Notes: generated by a model not told the origin, from the sequence alone. A stretch of DNA of 64,000 nt from Sphingomonas sp. (GCA_043737475.1 JAYTAP010000080.1:3321-67320); one strand, 5' to 3'; shown: positions 19,709-30,065, counted from the first letter of the stretch. A program made the numbers and translations.

Positions 19709-20563
19709 TCAACGTCGGGCGCGGGGGCAGGGGCCCAGATCCTCGATAACGAATTTATAATCCTGCCGCGCCGTATCGGCATCGTTCGGCGCAAGATCAC
19801 TGGTTGCTGAGTTGGGAATGGCGCGCGGCAAGAAGCATGCAAGCCGATACCATGCGAGCGTGTCCGGGACTGGCGGGGCCGCTGCTTCGTCGACGATTTC
19901 GCCCAGTGCAAAAGCCCAGCGTTTCGGCTGGCCGGGTCGCGTCAATACTGTGATCGAGATCGGCGCTTTCGTGGATGTCGACAGGAATATCTGCGTTTCG
20001 CCCTCTCCTGTGACGGTGCCAGCGGTATGGAACGCGCTGGCAATCCCCGTGATGGCTGGCGGGGCGTCGGGGGCGTTCGCGTCCGAAACGACGCTGCGGA
20101 TGCGCGTTTCCATTGCCGGACTCCAGAGCAACTGCGCGTCGGGCGCAGCGAGGCGTATCTCGCCGGGGCGGGCCGCCACGGGCAGCGCAGCGACCAGCAC
20201 GTCAGCCTTCTTCAATCGGGGGAGCCTCCCGCGCGAATCACGTTGCAAATCCACCAGCCAAGCCAGCCGCGGTGGCATCGGCCGCGCGCTGCGAATCAGC
20301 GCAATAACATCGGCCTCGACGTAAAACCGGACGGTTCCGGAGGGGTCGGGCGGGCCTTTCAATGGCGTTGCCGTAACAATTCGGGCGCGCAAAACGATGG
20401 GTGCCCCGGCGAACAAATCGGCGACGTCAGCATAATACCACTGATCGGCAGTGCTCGGCAAACTGTTCGGGATTGTAGCAAATCCGCCATTTACCATCAT
20501 GAGCGCGGCCAACAACGCAACGGACTTCAGGACATTTTGCCTCAATTTGGGGCGCTTGATCAT
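19709..20563 (-). CDS. Exported hypothetical protein
   Basis: 284-aa ORF with a basic-then-hydrophobic N-terminus; fills the gap between clpS and tonB; no recognisable motif. Confidence 0.75.
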   Translation of the reverse strand: MIKRPKLRQNVLKSVALLAALMMVNGGFATIPNSLPSTADQWYYADVADLFAGAPIVLRARIVTATPLKGPPDPSGTVRFYVEADVIALIRSARPMPPRLAWLVDLQRDSRGRLPRLKKADVLVAALPVAARPGEIRLAAPDAQLLWSPAMETRIRSVVSDANAPDAPPAITGIASAFHTAGTVTGEGETQIFLSTSTKAPISITVLTRPGQPKRWAFALGEIVDEAAAPPVPDTLAWYRLACFLPRAIPNSATSDLAPNDADTARQDYKFVIEDLGPCPRARR

Positions 20564-20801
20564 TCGGTTTCGACTTTCGTGCTGTTGCTTTTTGTAACGG
20601 TCCTGCCAGCTTAGGGTTGCACGATCGAAGATGAACAGGGATTAAGCGATTGCGCGCCGTTGGCGGGAACGATAGTATTTCGATCCTGTCGACAACATAG
20701 CAAGAGTGCGGGCAGGACAGGATAGCATGATCAGCCGGAACGTTTTCGGCGGTTGATTGGTTTCCCGTTCACGGTCTGTTTGGAGGGAGTAAAAGCGCCG
20801 G

Positions 20802-21458
20802 ATGTCCTATACAGACAATAAAGAAATGACACCTGCACGAATGTGGTCGATCTTCGTGGTCGTTCTCATTCACGCCATCATCGGTTACGCACTGGTAAAG
20901 GGCGGCTACAATGTCGTGAAAAAAGTCGCTGCTGATCTGAACACGTTCGATGTGAAAGATGAGCCGCCACCACCGGTCGAGCCGCCGCCACCGCCGCCAC
21001 CGGAACAGAATGTTCCGCCGCCGCCGGTTGTTTCGCCGCCGCCGATCGTGAACACGAACCAGGCACCGCCGACAGTTATCACGCAGGCAACACCGCCGCC
21101 GGTATTCGTGCCGACGCCAGAGCCACCGCGCCCTGCGCCGCCGCCGCCGCCGCCAGCGCCGGTTGCCAAGCTCGCACCGAAGGGTAACCCCGGCACATGG
21201 ACGTCGAACGACGATTATCCACCGTCTGCAGTGCGCAACGAGGAATCCGGAACGACGGGATTCCGTCTCGACATCGGCGCCGATGGCAGGGTGACGAATT
21301 GCACGATAACTTCGTCCAGCGGATCCAGTACGCTCGATAACACGACGTGCACATTGCTGAAACGGCGTGCCAAGTTCACGCCCGGGCGTGACTCGGACGG
21401 CAGTTCGATCGGCGGCGTCTACAGCAGCCGGATCAAATGGGTGTTGCCGACCAACTGA
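20802..21458 (+). CDS. tonB: Energy transducer TonB
   Basis: TM with His (VVLIHAII), Pro-rich spacer, C-terminal DYPPSA...SSG...LD...C TonB_C domain. Confidence 0.93.
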   Translation: MSYTDNKEMTPARMWSIFVVVLIHAIIGYALVKGGYNVVKKVAADLNTFDVKDEPPPPVEPPPPPPPEQNVPPPPVVSPPPIVNTNQAPPTVITQATPPPVFVPTPEPPRPAPPPPPPAPVAKLAPKGNPGTWTSNDDYPPSAVRNEESGTTGFRLDIGADGRVTNCTITSSSGSSTLDNTTCTLLKRRAKFTPGRDSDGSSIGGVYSSRIKWVLPTN

Positions 21459-21513
21459 CGGCAGAAATGATTGCGCAGAACTTCAAGTTTATATTTAGAG
21501 GGAAGAGTCGAAT

Positions 21514-22278
21514 ATGTTGATCACACTTGCAGCCGCAGCAGCGGCAGGAGCCCCGAAGACCGCACAATATGGTCTGATGGCATCGCTCGAAGAAGGCGGC
21601 GTCGTTACCTGGATGACGCTCGGCATTCTTGTCATCATGTCAGTTGGAACGCTTTACATTCTGTTTTCGAAATGGTGGGACCAGCAAAAGATCATGGGTC
21701 AGGCGCGCAAGGTTCGCGCCAGCTTCTGGAACCACGCTTCGCTCAAGGAAGCCGCGGCCAAGCTCGACAAGGATACGCCCTACAAGCAGATCATCGACGA
21801 CGGGCTGCGCGCTCAGGAACAGCATACGCTGCTGACCGATCCGGTCGACCAGCACGACTGGGCCCTGTCGACGATGGCGCGTTCACGCGCGGCGATCGAA
21901 TCGAAGTTGAAAGGCGGCCTTTCGTTCCTTGCGACCGTCGGTTCGACGGCGCCGTTTGTCGGCTTGTTCGGGACGGTCATGGGGATTTTGACTGCGCTTG
22001 TGAAAATCGGCGCGTCGGGTCAGGCCTCGATCGATACCGTGGCCGGCCCCGTCGGCGAAGCGCTGTATATGACGGCGATCGGTCTCGCGGTCGCAGTTCC
22101 CGCCGTGCTTGCCTACAACTGGCTGCAAGGTCGGAATAAGGCAATCATCGAAGAAATGGGCACGTTCACAAACGATGTCCACGGTTGGATGGCTTCAAAT
22201 GGTGCGGTCCGTCCGGCCCGCTTCGGCGCAGCAAAAGCAGCCGTTGCCAAGCCGGTCGCGGCACCAGTCAAGGCCTAA
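21514..22278 (+). CDS. exbB: ExbB (MotA/TolQ/ExbB) proton channel
   Basis: LATVGSTAPFVGLFGTVMGI and VGEALYMTAIGLAVAVPAV. Confidence 0.95.
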   Translation: MLITLAAAAAAGAPKTAQYGLMASLEEGGVVTWMTLGILVIMSVGTLYILFSKWWDQQKIMGQARKVRASFWNHASLKEAAAKLDKDTPYKQIIDDGLRAQEQHTLLTDPVDQHDWALSTMARSRAAIESKLKGGLSFLATVGSTAPFVGLFGTVMGILTALVKIGASGQASIDTVAGPVGEALYMTAIGLAVAVPAVLAYNWLQGRNKAIIEEMGTFTNDVHGWMASNGAVRPARFGAAKAAVAKPVAAPVKA

Positions 22279-22296
22279 TTCGAGGCAGGAATATAT

Positions 22297-22330
22297 GGGG
22301 AGGCGGGTCCGCGTTGAACCGCCTCACCCC
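22297..22330 (+). other. Intercistronic stem-loop between exbB and exbD
   Basis: GGGGAGGCGG...CCGCCTC(A)CCCC, ~10-bp stem with one bulge, no U-tract. Confidence 0.55.
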
Positions 22331-22354
22331 CGTAAAACGACAGGATAATATTCT

Positions 22355-22837
22355 ATGTCAATGGCTGTAGGCGGCGATGACGAAGGCGAAGAAAAGCCAT
22401 TGTCGGAAATCAACACGACGCCGCTCGTGGACGTCATGCTGGTGCTCCTCATCATCTTTCTGATCACGATCCCGGTCGTGGTGCAGAATGTCGGTGTGAA
22501 GCTTCCCAAGGTCCGGTTCGACCCCACGGTCACGAAACCGGAAAACGTATCGCTCTCGATCAAAGCGCCGACCGGTGCCTGTGAGATTTACTGGAACCAG
22601 ACACGCGTCGATTCCACAGAATTGCTTGATCGCGCAGTATCGAAACTGAAGCTGGAAATCGAAAAGCAGGGCGGCGTCAATGCACCCGGGCTCGAGCTTC
22701 CCGAAGTGCACATCCGCGGCGACATCAACACGCCGTATCGCTGTATCGGCGGGGCGATTTACGTGATGCAACGCGCCGGATTTGCCAAAGTCGGGTTCAT
22801 TTCCGAACCACCGCCGGGCGGCAACGCGCGCGCTTGA
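22355..22837 (+). CDS. exbD: ExbD
   Basis: SEINTTPLVDVMLVLLIIF and VHIRGD. Confidence 0.95.
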   Translation: MSMAVGGDDEGEEKPLSEINTTPLVDVMLVLLIIFLITIPVVVQNVGVKLPKVRFDPTVTKPENVSLSIKAPTGACEIYWNQTRVDSTELLDRAVSKLKLEIEKQGGVNAPGLELPEVHIRGDINTPYRCIGGAIYVMQRAGFAKVGFISEPPPGGNARA

Positions 22838-22870
22838 GCTAGTCACGCTAGAATTTAAGGAGTTTGCCTG

Positions 22871-23305
22871 ATGTCAATGAGTATGGGCGGCACTGCCGAC
22901 GACGAACCGATCGGCGAAATGAACACGACGCCGCTGATCGACGTCATGCTCGTTTTGCTGATCATGTTCATCATCACGATCCCGATCCAGACGCACGCCG
23001 TTAAAATCGATTTGCCAGCTAACTCACAAACACCGCCGGAAAATCCGATCAAGCCCGACATCAACAAGGTCTCGATCGATCCTGCCGGGACGGTGACGTG
23101 GAACGGATCGGCAATCGATCTGGTTACGTTGCGCCAGTATCTCGATTCGACGAAGGTCATGGTCCCCGAACCGGAATTGCACGTACAGCCCGATGCAAAC
23201 TCGCGTTATGACGTTGTCGATCAAGTCCTCGCGGTCATCAAGAAATCGGAAGTCACGAAACTCGGTTTTGTCGGTAACGAGCAATATTCCGTTTTCGGGA
23301 AATAA
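22871..23305 (+). CDS. exbD: ExbD (second paralogue)
   Basis: GEMNTTPLIDVMLVLLIMF and LHVQPD. Confidence 0.95.
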   Translation: MSMSMGGTADDEPIGEMNTTPLIDVMLVLLIMFIITIPIQTHAVKIDLPANSQTPPENPIKPDINKVSIDPAGTVTWNGSAIDLVTLRQYLDSTKVMVPEPELHVQPDANSRYDVVDQVLAVIKKSEVTKLGFVGNEQYSVFGK

Positions 23306-23329
23306 GGTTGCATGTTGTCGGTTTATTGA

Positions 23330-23359
23330 GGGGCGCGCCTTTGCGGGTGCGCCCTTTTT
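23330..23359 (+). terminator. Rho-independent terminator of the tonB-exb operon
   Basis: GGGCGCGCC-TTTGC-GGGTGCGCCC followed by TTTTT. Confidence 0.8.
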
Positions 23360-23428
23360 CCGTGGTCGTGTCGCCACGGCCCTAGCGCTAGGCTGTAGGT
23401 GAACGGGAGAGTTTTCTTGACCAGCAGC

Positions 23429-24430
23429 ATGACCACTATTCCCGAAACGATGACGGCTATCGACCCTGACGCACCAGGCGGTCCCGACGTTTTGGTCGCC
23501 GTGCAACGTCCTGTGCCAAAGCCCGGGCTCGGCGAAGTGCTGGTCCGCGTTGCCGCTGCGGGCGTGAACCGGCCTGACGTGTTGCAGCGCAAAGGCGGTT
23601 ACCCTCCACCGCCAGGTGCGCCGTCGATCATCGGCCTCGAGATCGCGGGGGACGTTGTCGCGATCGGTGAGGGTGTCGATGCAGCGCTGCTCGGGCAGCC
23701 GATGTGCGCGCTGGTCCCGGGCGGCGGCTATGCTGAATATTGCGTTGCTTCAGCGAGCATCTGCCTGCCCGTGCCGCCGGTGCTCTCGATGATCGAAGCC
23801 GCAGCGATGCCCGAAACGCTGTTTACCGTGTGGACCAATTTGTTCGAGCGTGCCTACGCCGTCGAAGGTGACACTGTCCTCGTTCACGGCGGCACGAGCG
23901 GCATCGGCACGATGGCCATCGCGCTCGGCAAATTGTTCGGACTGACCGTCATCGTCACGTGCGGATCGGACGAGAAATGCGCGCACGCCGTCGAAATCGG
24001 CGCAGATCATGCGATCAACTATAAATCTGCAGACTTCGTCGCCGAGGTTTGGCGGATCACCGGTGGTGCTGGCGTCAATGCTGTGCTCGATATGGTCGGT
24101 GGCGATTATCTGCCGCGAAATTTGCAATGTCTTGCCGAGGACGGTCGGCATGTGTCGATCGCGGTTTTGAACGGACCGAAAACGGAGTTGTTCATTCCCC
24201 TGGTCATGATGCGCCGGCTGACGCTGACGGGTTCGACCCTGCGCCCGCGATCGGTGATGTTCAAAAGCCTCGTTGCCGAAGAGCTCGCGCGCACTGTCTG
24301 GCCGCATGTCGAGGCGGGGCGCTTGAAACCGGTGATCGATAGCGTTTTTCCGCTGGCCGATGCCGCAAGCGCGCACAGGCGGATGGATACAGGTGCGCAT
24401 GTGGGAAAAATCGTGCTCGCGTGTTCGTGA
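23429..24430 (+). CDS. NAD(P)H-quinone oxidoreductase (PIG3/zeta-crystallin family)
   Basis: AAGVNRPD, GLEIAG, GGGYAEY, VHGGTSGIG, LTGSTLRPR, GKIVL. Confidence 0.93.
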   Translation: MTTIPETMTAIDPDAPGGPDVLVAVQRPVPKPGLGEVLVRVAAAGVNRPDVLQRKGGYPPPPGAPSIIGLEIAGDVVAIGEGVDAALLGQPMCALVPGGGYAEYCVASASICLPVPPVLSMIEAAAMPETLFTVWTNLFERAYAVEGDTVLVHGGTSGIGTMAIALGKLFGLTVIVTCGSDEKCAHAVEIGADHAINYKSADFVAEVWRITGGAGVNAVLDMVGGDYLPRNLQCLAEDGRHVSIAVLNGPKTELFIPLVMMRRLTLTGSTLRPRSVMFKSLVAEELARTVWPHVEAGRLKPVIDSVFPLADAASAHRRMDTGAHVGKIVLACS

Positions 24431-24532
24431 GATGAAACCCGGCAGCCCGAACGGATGCGGCGCTAAATCCAGTCCTGATAGGTCCATCGACGGAATGAAC
24501 ACGCCGACCTGAACCGGGATAAAGTCCAAATC

Positions 24533-24561
24533 ATGTAAGGCAGTTGTCACAATTGTCTCAT
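24533..24561 (+). promoter_or_regulatory. Candidate Pho box (PhoB site)
   Basis: Three 7-nt units at 11-nt period: ATGTAAG-GCAG-TTGTCAC-AATT-GTCTCAT. A fourth in-phase unit TCGTCAC lies at 24577-24583. Confidence 0.55.
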
Positions 24562-24635
24562 CAAAATAGAAAGCGCTCGTCACAATCGGGACTCATAGGA
24601 CAGTCGAAAGACGATACGTCCAGCAGGGAGCTTAT

Positions 24636-25496
24636 ATGGACGCGATCACCCGGATGCCGTTTGAAGGCGATTTCAGTGAGTTTGCTGACCAGTCGCCATC
24701 GATTCCCGAGGGGCGTCGCAAGCGGCTGCGCTATCGCACGATCTGGATAAGCGACATTCATTTGGGCACTCGCGGGTGCAATGCGGAAATGCTGATCGAT
24801 TTCCTCGATTCAACCGATAGCGAAACAATGTATCTTGTCGGGGATATCATCGATGGCTGGCGCATGAAGAAGAAATTCTATTGGCCCGCCGCGCATAACG
24901 ATATCGTTTGGCGCGTCATGAAGCGTGCCAAGCGCGGCACGCGCGTCGTGTATATTCCCGGCAACCACGACGAGATGTTCCGCCAGTTTGCCGGCATGAA
25001 TTTCGGCGGCGTTGAAATCGTTCGTGAAGCGATCCACGAAACCGCGGACGGTCGAAAGCTGCTGGTCCTGCATGGTGACGAATTCGATGCGGTCATGATC
25101 GCGCATCGCTGGCTCGCGGTGATCGGCGACCAAGCATATCATTTGCTGATGCGGTTTAATTATGTCGTGAACCGTATCCGGGCGTCGATGGGCAAACCTT
25201 ACTGGTCGCTCTCGAAACACGCCAAGCATAAGGTCAAGAACGCAGTCGAGTTCATCGGCCAATTCGAACAGGTCGTGGCGCACGAAGCCGCCGAACGCAA
25301 AGTCGATGGCGTTGTCTGCGGTCATATCCACACCGCCGAAATGCGCGACATTGCGGGCGTCAGCTATTATAACGACGGCGATTGGGTCGAAGGGTGCACC
25401 GCGCTCGTCGAACATTTCGATGGCCGGATGGAAATTCTCCACTGGGCCGATGTGCAGCAGGCGCGGCTTGGGGCGGGACTGAAGCTCGCAGCATAG
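24636..25496 (+). CDS. plcP: PlcP-like (LpxH-annotated) metallophosphoesterase
   Basis: ISDIHLG, LVGDIIDGW, IPGNHDE, LHGDEFD, VCGHIH, YNDGDWVE. Directly upstream of a GT4 glycosyltransferase. Confidence 0.8.
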   Translation: MDAITRMPFEGDFSEFADQSPSIPEGRRKRLRYRTIWISDIHLGTRGCNAEMLIDFLDSTDSETMYLVGDIIDGWRMKKKFYWPAAHNDIVWRVMKRAKRGTRVVYIPGNHDEMFRQFAGMNFGGVEIVREAIHETADGRKLLVLHGDEFDAVMIAHRWLAVIGDQAYHLLMRFNYVVNRIRASMGKPYWSLSKHAKHKVKNAVEFIGQFEQVVAHEAAERKVDGVVCGHIHTAEMRDIAGVSYYNDGDWVEGCTALVEHFDGRMEILHWADVQQARLGAGLKLAA

Positions 25497-25509
25497 GGAC
25501 AGCGTCGGA

Positions 25510-26532
25510 ATGCGGATTGCGATCATTACCGACGCATGGAGCCCGCAGGTCAATGGCGTGGTCCGCACTTTGGTTGCGACGAGGACCGAACTCGAAAAGC
25601 GCGGGCATGTCGTCGAAGTCATTTCGCCCGATCTTTATCCGTCGATCCCGTGTCCGACCTATCCGGAAATCCGGCTCGCCGTCACGCGCGCCGCGTGGGT
25701 GGGCGATCGGATTGCGAAATTCGCGCCCGATGCCGTGCACCTTTCGACCGAAGGGCCATTGTGCCTGGCGGCGCGGCGCTGGTGCCTGCGCCAGGGGTTT
25801 CCTTTCACCACGGCGTATCACACGCAATTTCCCGACTATTTCGAAGCGCGCACCGGTATTTCAGCCGAATGGATCTGGATGTACATGCGCTGGTTTCATG
25901 GCGCATCGCAGGCGGTTCTGGTGTCGACGCCGTCAGTGCGCCAGATGCTCAGCGCCCATGGAATCCCGCATCATCGCCATTGGTCGCGGGGCGTCGACCT
26001 TGCCAATTTTTCGCCGGACGCACCGCCGCCCGAGCTGTTTGCGAACCTTCCCCGCCCGATCCAGCTGTATGTCGGTCGGATTGCTGTCGAAAAGAATATT
26101 GAGGCATTCCTCGCGAGCGACCATCCCGGCAGTAAAGTCGTCGTCGGCGACGGACCCGCGCGTGCCATGCTCGCCGCGCAATTTCCCGGTGTGCATTTTC
26201 TGGGCTCGTTGAGCGGACGCGCTCTTGCTGGCGTATACGCTGGGGCCGACGTCTTCGTGTTCCCCAGCCGCACGGACACGTTCGGCCTCGTCATGATCGA
26301 GGCGCTTGCGTGCGGCACGCCCGTTGCAGCCTATCCGGTCAGCGGTCCGATCGACGTCGTGACGCAAACGACGGGTGCGCTTGACGAGGATTTAACCGCA
26401 GCCATCGCCCGTGCAATCACGCGCGATCGCGATCATTGCGCGCGTTATGGTGCTTCGTTCACCTGGGCGGCCAGCGCGGCGCAATTTCTGTCGGGCCTCG
26501 TGCCAATGTGCGATCGCGCAGTGGCTGCCTGA
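25510..26532 (+). CDS. agt: GT4 glycosyltransferase, Agt-like glycolipid synthase
   Basis: MRIAIITDAWSPQVNGVVRTL, TEGPL, TAYHTQFPDY, VGRIAVEKN, FPSRTDTFGLVMIEALACG. Confidence 0.8.
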   Translation: MRIAIITDAWSPQVNGVVRTLVATRTELEKRGHVVEVISPDLYPSIPCPTYPEIRLAVTRAAWVGDRIAKFAPDAVHLSTEGPLCLAARRWCLRQGFPFTTAYHTQFPDYFEARTGISAEWIWMYMRWFHGASQAVLVSTPSVRQMLSAHGIPHHRHWSRGVDLANFSPDAPPPELFANLPRPIQLYVGRIAVEKNIEAFLASDHPGSKVVVGDGPARAMLAAQFPGVHFLGSLSGRALAGVYAGADVFVFPSRTDTFGLVMIEALACGTPVAAYPVSGPIDVVTQTTGALDEDLTAAIARAITRDRDHCARYGASFTWAASAAQFLSGLVPMCDRAVAA

Positions 26533-26578
26533 CGCCTTGCCCTTTGGCAGCAAGCCGATTAGACGACCGCTGATACCA

Positions 26579-26608
26579 GGCCGCTCCGAAAGGGGCGGCC
26601 CTTATTTT
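26579..26608 (+). terminator. GNRA-capped stem-loop between agt and trcR (terminator or leader hairpin)
   Basis: GGCCGCTCC-GAAA-GGGGCGGCC followed by CTTATTTT. Confidence 0.55.
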
Positions 26609-26624
26609 ATGTAGAGGATTTCTG

Positions 26625-27311
26625 ATGGCCCAGCCGCTCATGCCCCATGCCACTGCGTCATGGCTGGTTGACAACACCTCGCTGAGCTTTGTCCAGATCG
26701 CGACATTCTGCGGCCTTCATATCCTCGAAGTACAAGCCATTGCCGACGATACGGCTGCCACCAAGCTGACCGGTCGCGACCCGATGCGCGCACACGAATT
26801 GACGATGGCAGAAATCGAAAAGGGTCAGAACAACCCCGATTATGTTCTGAAAATGGAGCGTGAGCCCGAAGCCGTTTCGCGGACGAAGGGTCCGCGCTAT
26901 ACACCGGTATCGAAGCGTGCCGACAAGCCCGACGGCATCGCCTGGATTATCCGCAATCACCCCGAAGTCAGTGATGGCCAGATCGGCAAGCTGATCGGCA
27001 CGACGCGCACGACCATCGGTGCGATCCGCGATCGTTCGCACTGGAACATGGCCAACATCACGCCAAAAGATCCTGTGACACTCGGGCTGACGTCGCAGCG
27101 TGAACTCGATGCAGCCGTTGCCAAGGCTGCCAAGGCGGCAGGCATCGAAGCCCCTGTCGATGATCGGATCGAAGGCGATCGCGCCGCGCTCATCCAGGAG
27201 TTGCGTGACCAGCGCACCGAAGCCGCGCGCGTTGCCGATGCGGCCCTTGCCGAAGAAGCTGGCGAAGGTCCGGGCATGATCGGGAATTTCGTCGACCCGT
27301 TCAAAAAATAA
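26625..27311 (+). CDS. trcR: DUF1013 family cell-cycle transcription regulator TrcR
   Basis: PLMPHATASWLVDNTSLSF, HILEV, KGPRYTPVSKR, DKPDGIAW, SHWN, PKDPVTLGL. Confidence 0.88.
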   Translation: MAQPLMPHATASWLVDNTSLSFVQIATFCGLHILEVQAIADDTAATKLTGRDPMRAHELTMAEIEKGQNNPDYVLKMEREPEAVSRTKGPRYTPVSKRADKPDGIAWIIRNHPEVSDGQIGKLIGTTRTTIGAIRDRSHWNMANITPKDPVTLGLTSQRELDAAVAKAAKAAGIEAPVDDRIEGDRAALIQELRDQRTEAARVADAALAEEAGEGPGMIGNFVDPFKK

Positions 27312-28388
27312 GTGGCCGAAGCGCCCGCCTTTGACGCGAGTCTGGCCGATCATGGGTTCGAACCGCTCGTCGCAAAAGGGCTGACGTATCCGCTTGGCGA
27401 ATTTGCGCCGGGTTATGGCGATGTGTTCCCGATTTCCGAGGGTGTCGGATGGACTAGGCTCCCGGTGCCGGGCCTGCTGAAACACATCAATGTGTGGGTG
27501 CTCGACGACGATGATGGCGTTGCGATTGTCGATACCGGGCTGAACATCCCGGCAAGCAAAGAAGCGTGGGAACGCGCACTTGGCGGGCGGCAGGTCACAC
27601 GCGTATTCGCAACGCATTTTCACCCCGATCACATCGGCTGTGCGGGTTGGCTGTGCGAAACGCACGGTGTGCCGCTGTGGATGAACCGGACCGAATATCT
27701 GCTGACGCGAATGCTGTTGGCCGATGTGCGCGACGAACCGCCGATCGAGGCTGTCGATCAGTTGATCGGTGCCGGCTGGAACGATGACCAGATCGCGGCG
27801 ATGAAAGCACGTGGCTGGGGCAATTTCGGCAAGATCGTTTCCCCGCTCCCCGTCGGCCATACGCGCATGACCGAAGGTGACATTATTCGCATCGGCAAGC
27901 GTGACTGGACCGTGTGGGTAGGCAGTGGCCACACGCCCGAACATGTCTGCCTTGTCGATTTCGAAGGCGACCTGATGATTGCAGGGGATCAGGTGTTGCC
28001 GCGGATCACGTCGAATGTTTCTGTTACGATTACCGAGCCGACTGCCGATCCGCTCGGCGAATGGCTCGCATCGATTACCAAATTCCGCGCCCTGCCCGAC
28101 CGCTTGCTTGTCCTCCCGGCGCATGGCGAGCCGTTCAGGGGGCTTCACGCGCGGCTCGACCGGCTTGAAGAGGGCCACCACGTCAGCCTCGATCGGCTGC
28201 ATTCCAGGCTAACCGAGGAACCCCGCCGCGCGGTCGACTGTTTCGGCGTGCTGTTTGCGCGCGCGATCGACGACAGTATCCTGGGCCTCGCCACGGGTGA
28301 AGCGCTGGCGCATTTGCGTCATCTGGAAGTGACCGACCGCGCGGTGAAGGAAGACCGCAACGGGGTCTATTTTTATTCGGCGGCCTAG
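27312..28388 (+). CDS. MBL-fold metallo-hydrolase
   Basis: THFHPDHIG, GSGHTPEH, GDQVLPRITSNV, LPAHG. Confidence 0.92.
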   Translation: MAEAPAFDASLADHGFEPLVAKGLTYPLGEFAPGYGDVFPISEGVGWTRLPVPGLLKHINVWVLDDDDGVAIVDTGLNIPASKEAWERALGGRQVTRVFATHFHPDHIGCAGWLCETHGVPLWMNRTEYLLTRMLLADVRDEPPIEAVDQLIGAGWNDDQIAAMKARGWGNFGKIVSPLPVGHTRMTEGDIIRIGKRDWTVWVGSGHTPEHVCLVDFEGDLMIAGDQVLPRITSNVSVTITEPTADPLGEWLASITKFRALPDRLLVLPAHGEPFRGLHARLDRLEEGHHVSLDRLHSRLTEEPRRAVDCFGVLFARAIDDSILGLATGEALAHLRHLEVTDRAVKEDRNGVYFYSAA

Positions 28389-28403
28389 CTTAGACTTTTG
28401 TCG

Positions 28404-30065
28404 ATGAGTGATCGGTCGAGCGTCTGGCGAGAGCATTATGTTCATCCGTCGGCTTGGGATCGTTCTTTCCCTCCAATGACAATCCCGGCGATGCTTTTCA
28501 CGAGCGCTGCAAAAACGCCGACGGCCATTCTGACAGACTTCATGGGTGCGCAATCGACCTATGCGGACGTTGCGACACGCGCGCGCGATTTTGCCGGTGG
28601 TCTTCAGGCGCAGGGCATGGCCAAAGGTGACCGGATCGGATTGTTTCTGCCCAACGTTCCCGATTATCTCGTTGCTTATTATGGCGGCCTGATAGCGGGC
28701 GGTATCGTCGTCAACTTGTCGCCACTTTATTCGATGGCCGAACTGGCGCATCAGGTATCGGACAGTGGCGCGCGGGTCATCGTGACGTGCGATGTGCCGC
28801 AACTGATGGCGACCGCGACGGCGTTGCTCGATCAGGGATTGATCGACCGGATTGTTGTCGGCGCGATTGCCGACGCGCTGCCGCCAGTGAAGCGGACTTT
28901 GTATAAATTGTTCAAGCGCGCCGATATTGCGCCGTTGCCTGCTGATACGCGCATTATGCGGCTCGCGTCCGTGACTGGTTCATTCAAAGCGGTCGATATC
29001 CGGCCCGACGATATTGCGTTGATTCAATACACCGGCGGAACGACGGGGGTGCCGAAGGGTGCCATTTTGTCGCATCAAAACATGACCGCGAACGCGCGGC
29101 AGGTCCATTCGCTTGATCCACGTGCCGGGGAGCCCGACCGCATAGTCGGCGTGCTGCCATTTTTTCATGTTTTTGCAAACACGTGCGTCCTCAACCGCAC
29201 GGTGCTGGCCGGTGGGATGATTGCAATGCTGCCGCGTTTCGATGCGAAAGCCACGCTGGCAACGATTGCGCGGATCAAGGCGACGGCACTGCCCGGCGTG
29301 CCCACAATGTACCAGGCACTGATCGACCATCCCGATATGGCCAAAACCTCCTTCAAGTCGCTGCGCGTCTGCATCTCGGGCGGCGCACCGCTTGCGCCCG
29401 CGCTTAAAACCAAGTTCGAACGCGCGACCGGTGCGCGCGTCGTCGAAGGCTATGGCCTCACCGAAAGTTCGGGTGTGGTCGCGTGCAATCCCTATGACGG
29501 CATCAACAAGACGGGCACGATCGGCCAGCCGGTGCCCGGGACCATCGTCAAATTGATCGATCGCGAAGACCCGACCAATGCTGCGCCGGATGACGAACCG
29601 GGTGAACTGGTCTTTTCTGGCCCACAGATGATGCACGGCTATTGGGGCTGCACCGAAACGGATGTGGACACGTACGTCGATGGTTTTCTGCGCACCGGCG
29701 ACGTCGCCACGATCGACGACGACGGTTACATCCGCATCGTCGATCGCTTGAAGGATATGATTGCGGTGGGTGGCTTCAAGGTGTTCCCGAGCCAGATAGA
29801 GGCCGTGCTTTACCGCCACCCCGACGTGAAGGAAGCACTCGTGATCGGCATTCCGGATCAATATCACGGCGAAATGCCCAAGGCTTTCGTCACGCTCAAT
29901 GAAGGGGCGGACACGACCGACTTGAAAGCCTGGCTAAACCCGCAACTGGGCAAGCACGAGCGCGTGACAGATGTCGAAGTCCGTCTCAATCTGCCAAAGA
30001 CATTGGTTGGCAAGCTCAGTCGCAAGGAACTTGTTGCCGAGGAGCGGGCGAAAGCGGCGGGTTGA
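28404..30065 (+). CDS. Long-chain fatty acid--CoA ligase
   Basis: [15 protein letters not shown]-binding motif, [27 protein letters not shown]. Confidence 0.93.
   Translation: MSDRSSVWREHYVHPSAWDRSFPPMTIPAMLFTSAAKTPTAILTDFMGAQSTYADVATRARDFAGGLQAQGMAKGDRIGLFLPNVPDYLVAYYGGLIAGGIVVNLSPLYSMAELAHQVSDSGARVIVTCDVPQLMATATALLDQGLIDRIVVGAIADALPPVKRTLYKLFKRADIAPLPADTRIMRLASVTGSFKAVDIRPDDIALIQYTGGTTGVPKGAILSHQNMTANARQVHSLDPRAGEPDRIVGVLPFFHVFANTCVLNRTVLAGGMIAMLPRFDAKATLATIARIKATALPGVPTMYQALIDHPDMAKTSFKSLRVCISGGAPLAPALKTKFERATGARVVEGYGLTESSGVVACNPYDGINKTGTIGQPVPGTIVKLIDREDPTNAAPDDEPGELVFSGPQMMHGYWGCTETDVDTYVDGFLRTGDVATIDDDGYIRIVDRLKDMIAVGGFKVFPSQIEAVLYRHPDVKEALVIGIPDQYHGEMPKAFVTLNEGADTTDLKAWLNPQLGKHERVTDVEVRLNLPKTLVGKLSRKELVAEERAKAAG

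Noticed and set aside
20970-21170. CCG/CCA-rich repeats in tonB (and at 58898-58936) as possible CRISPR or VNTR
   Set aside because: They encode proline-rich spacers, with no repeat-spacer structure and no cas genes.
24636-25496. Annotation as LpxH (lipid A synthesis)
   Set aside because: No lpx neighbours; pairing with an Agt-like GT4 and Pho-like units fit PlcP better.
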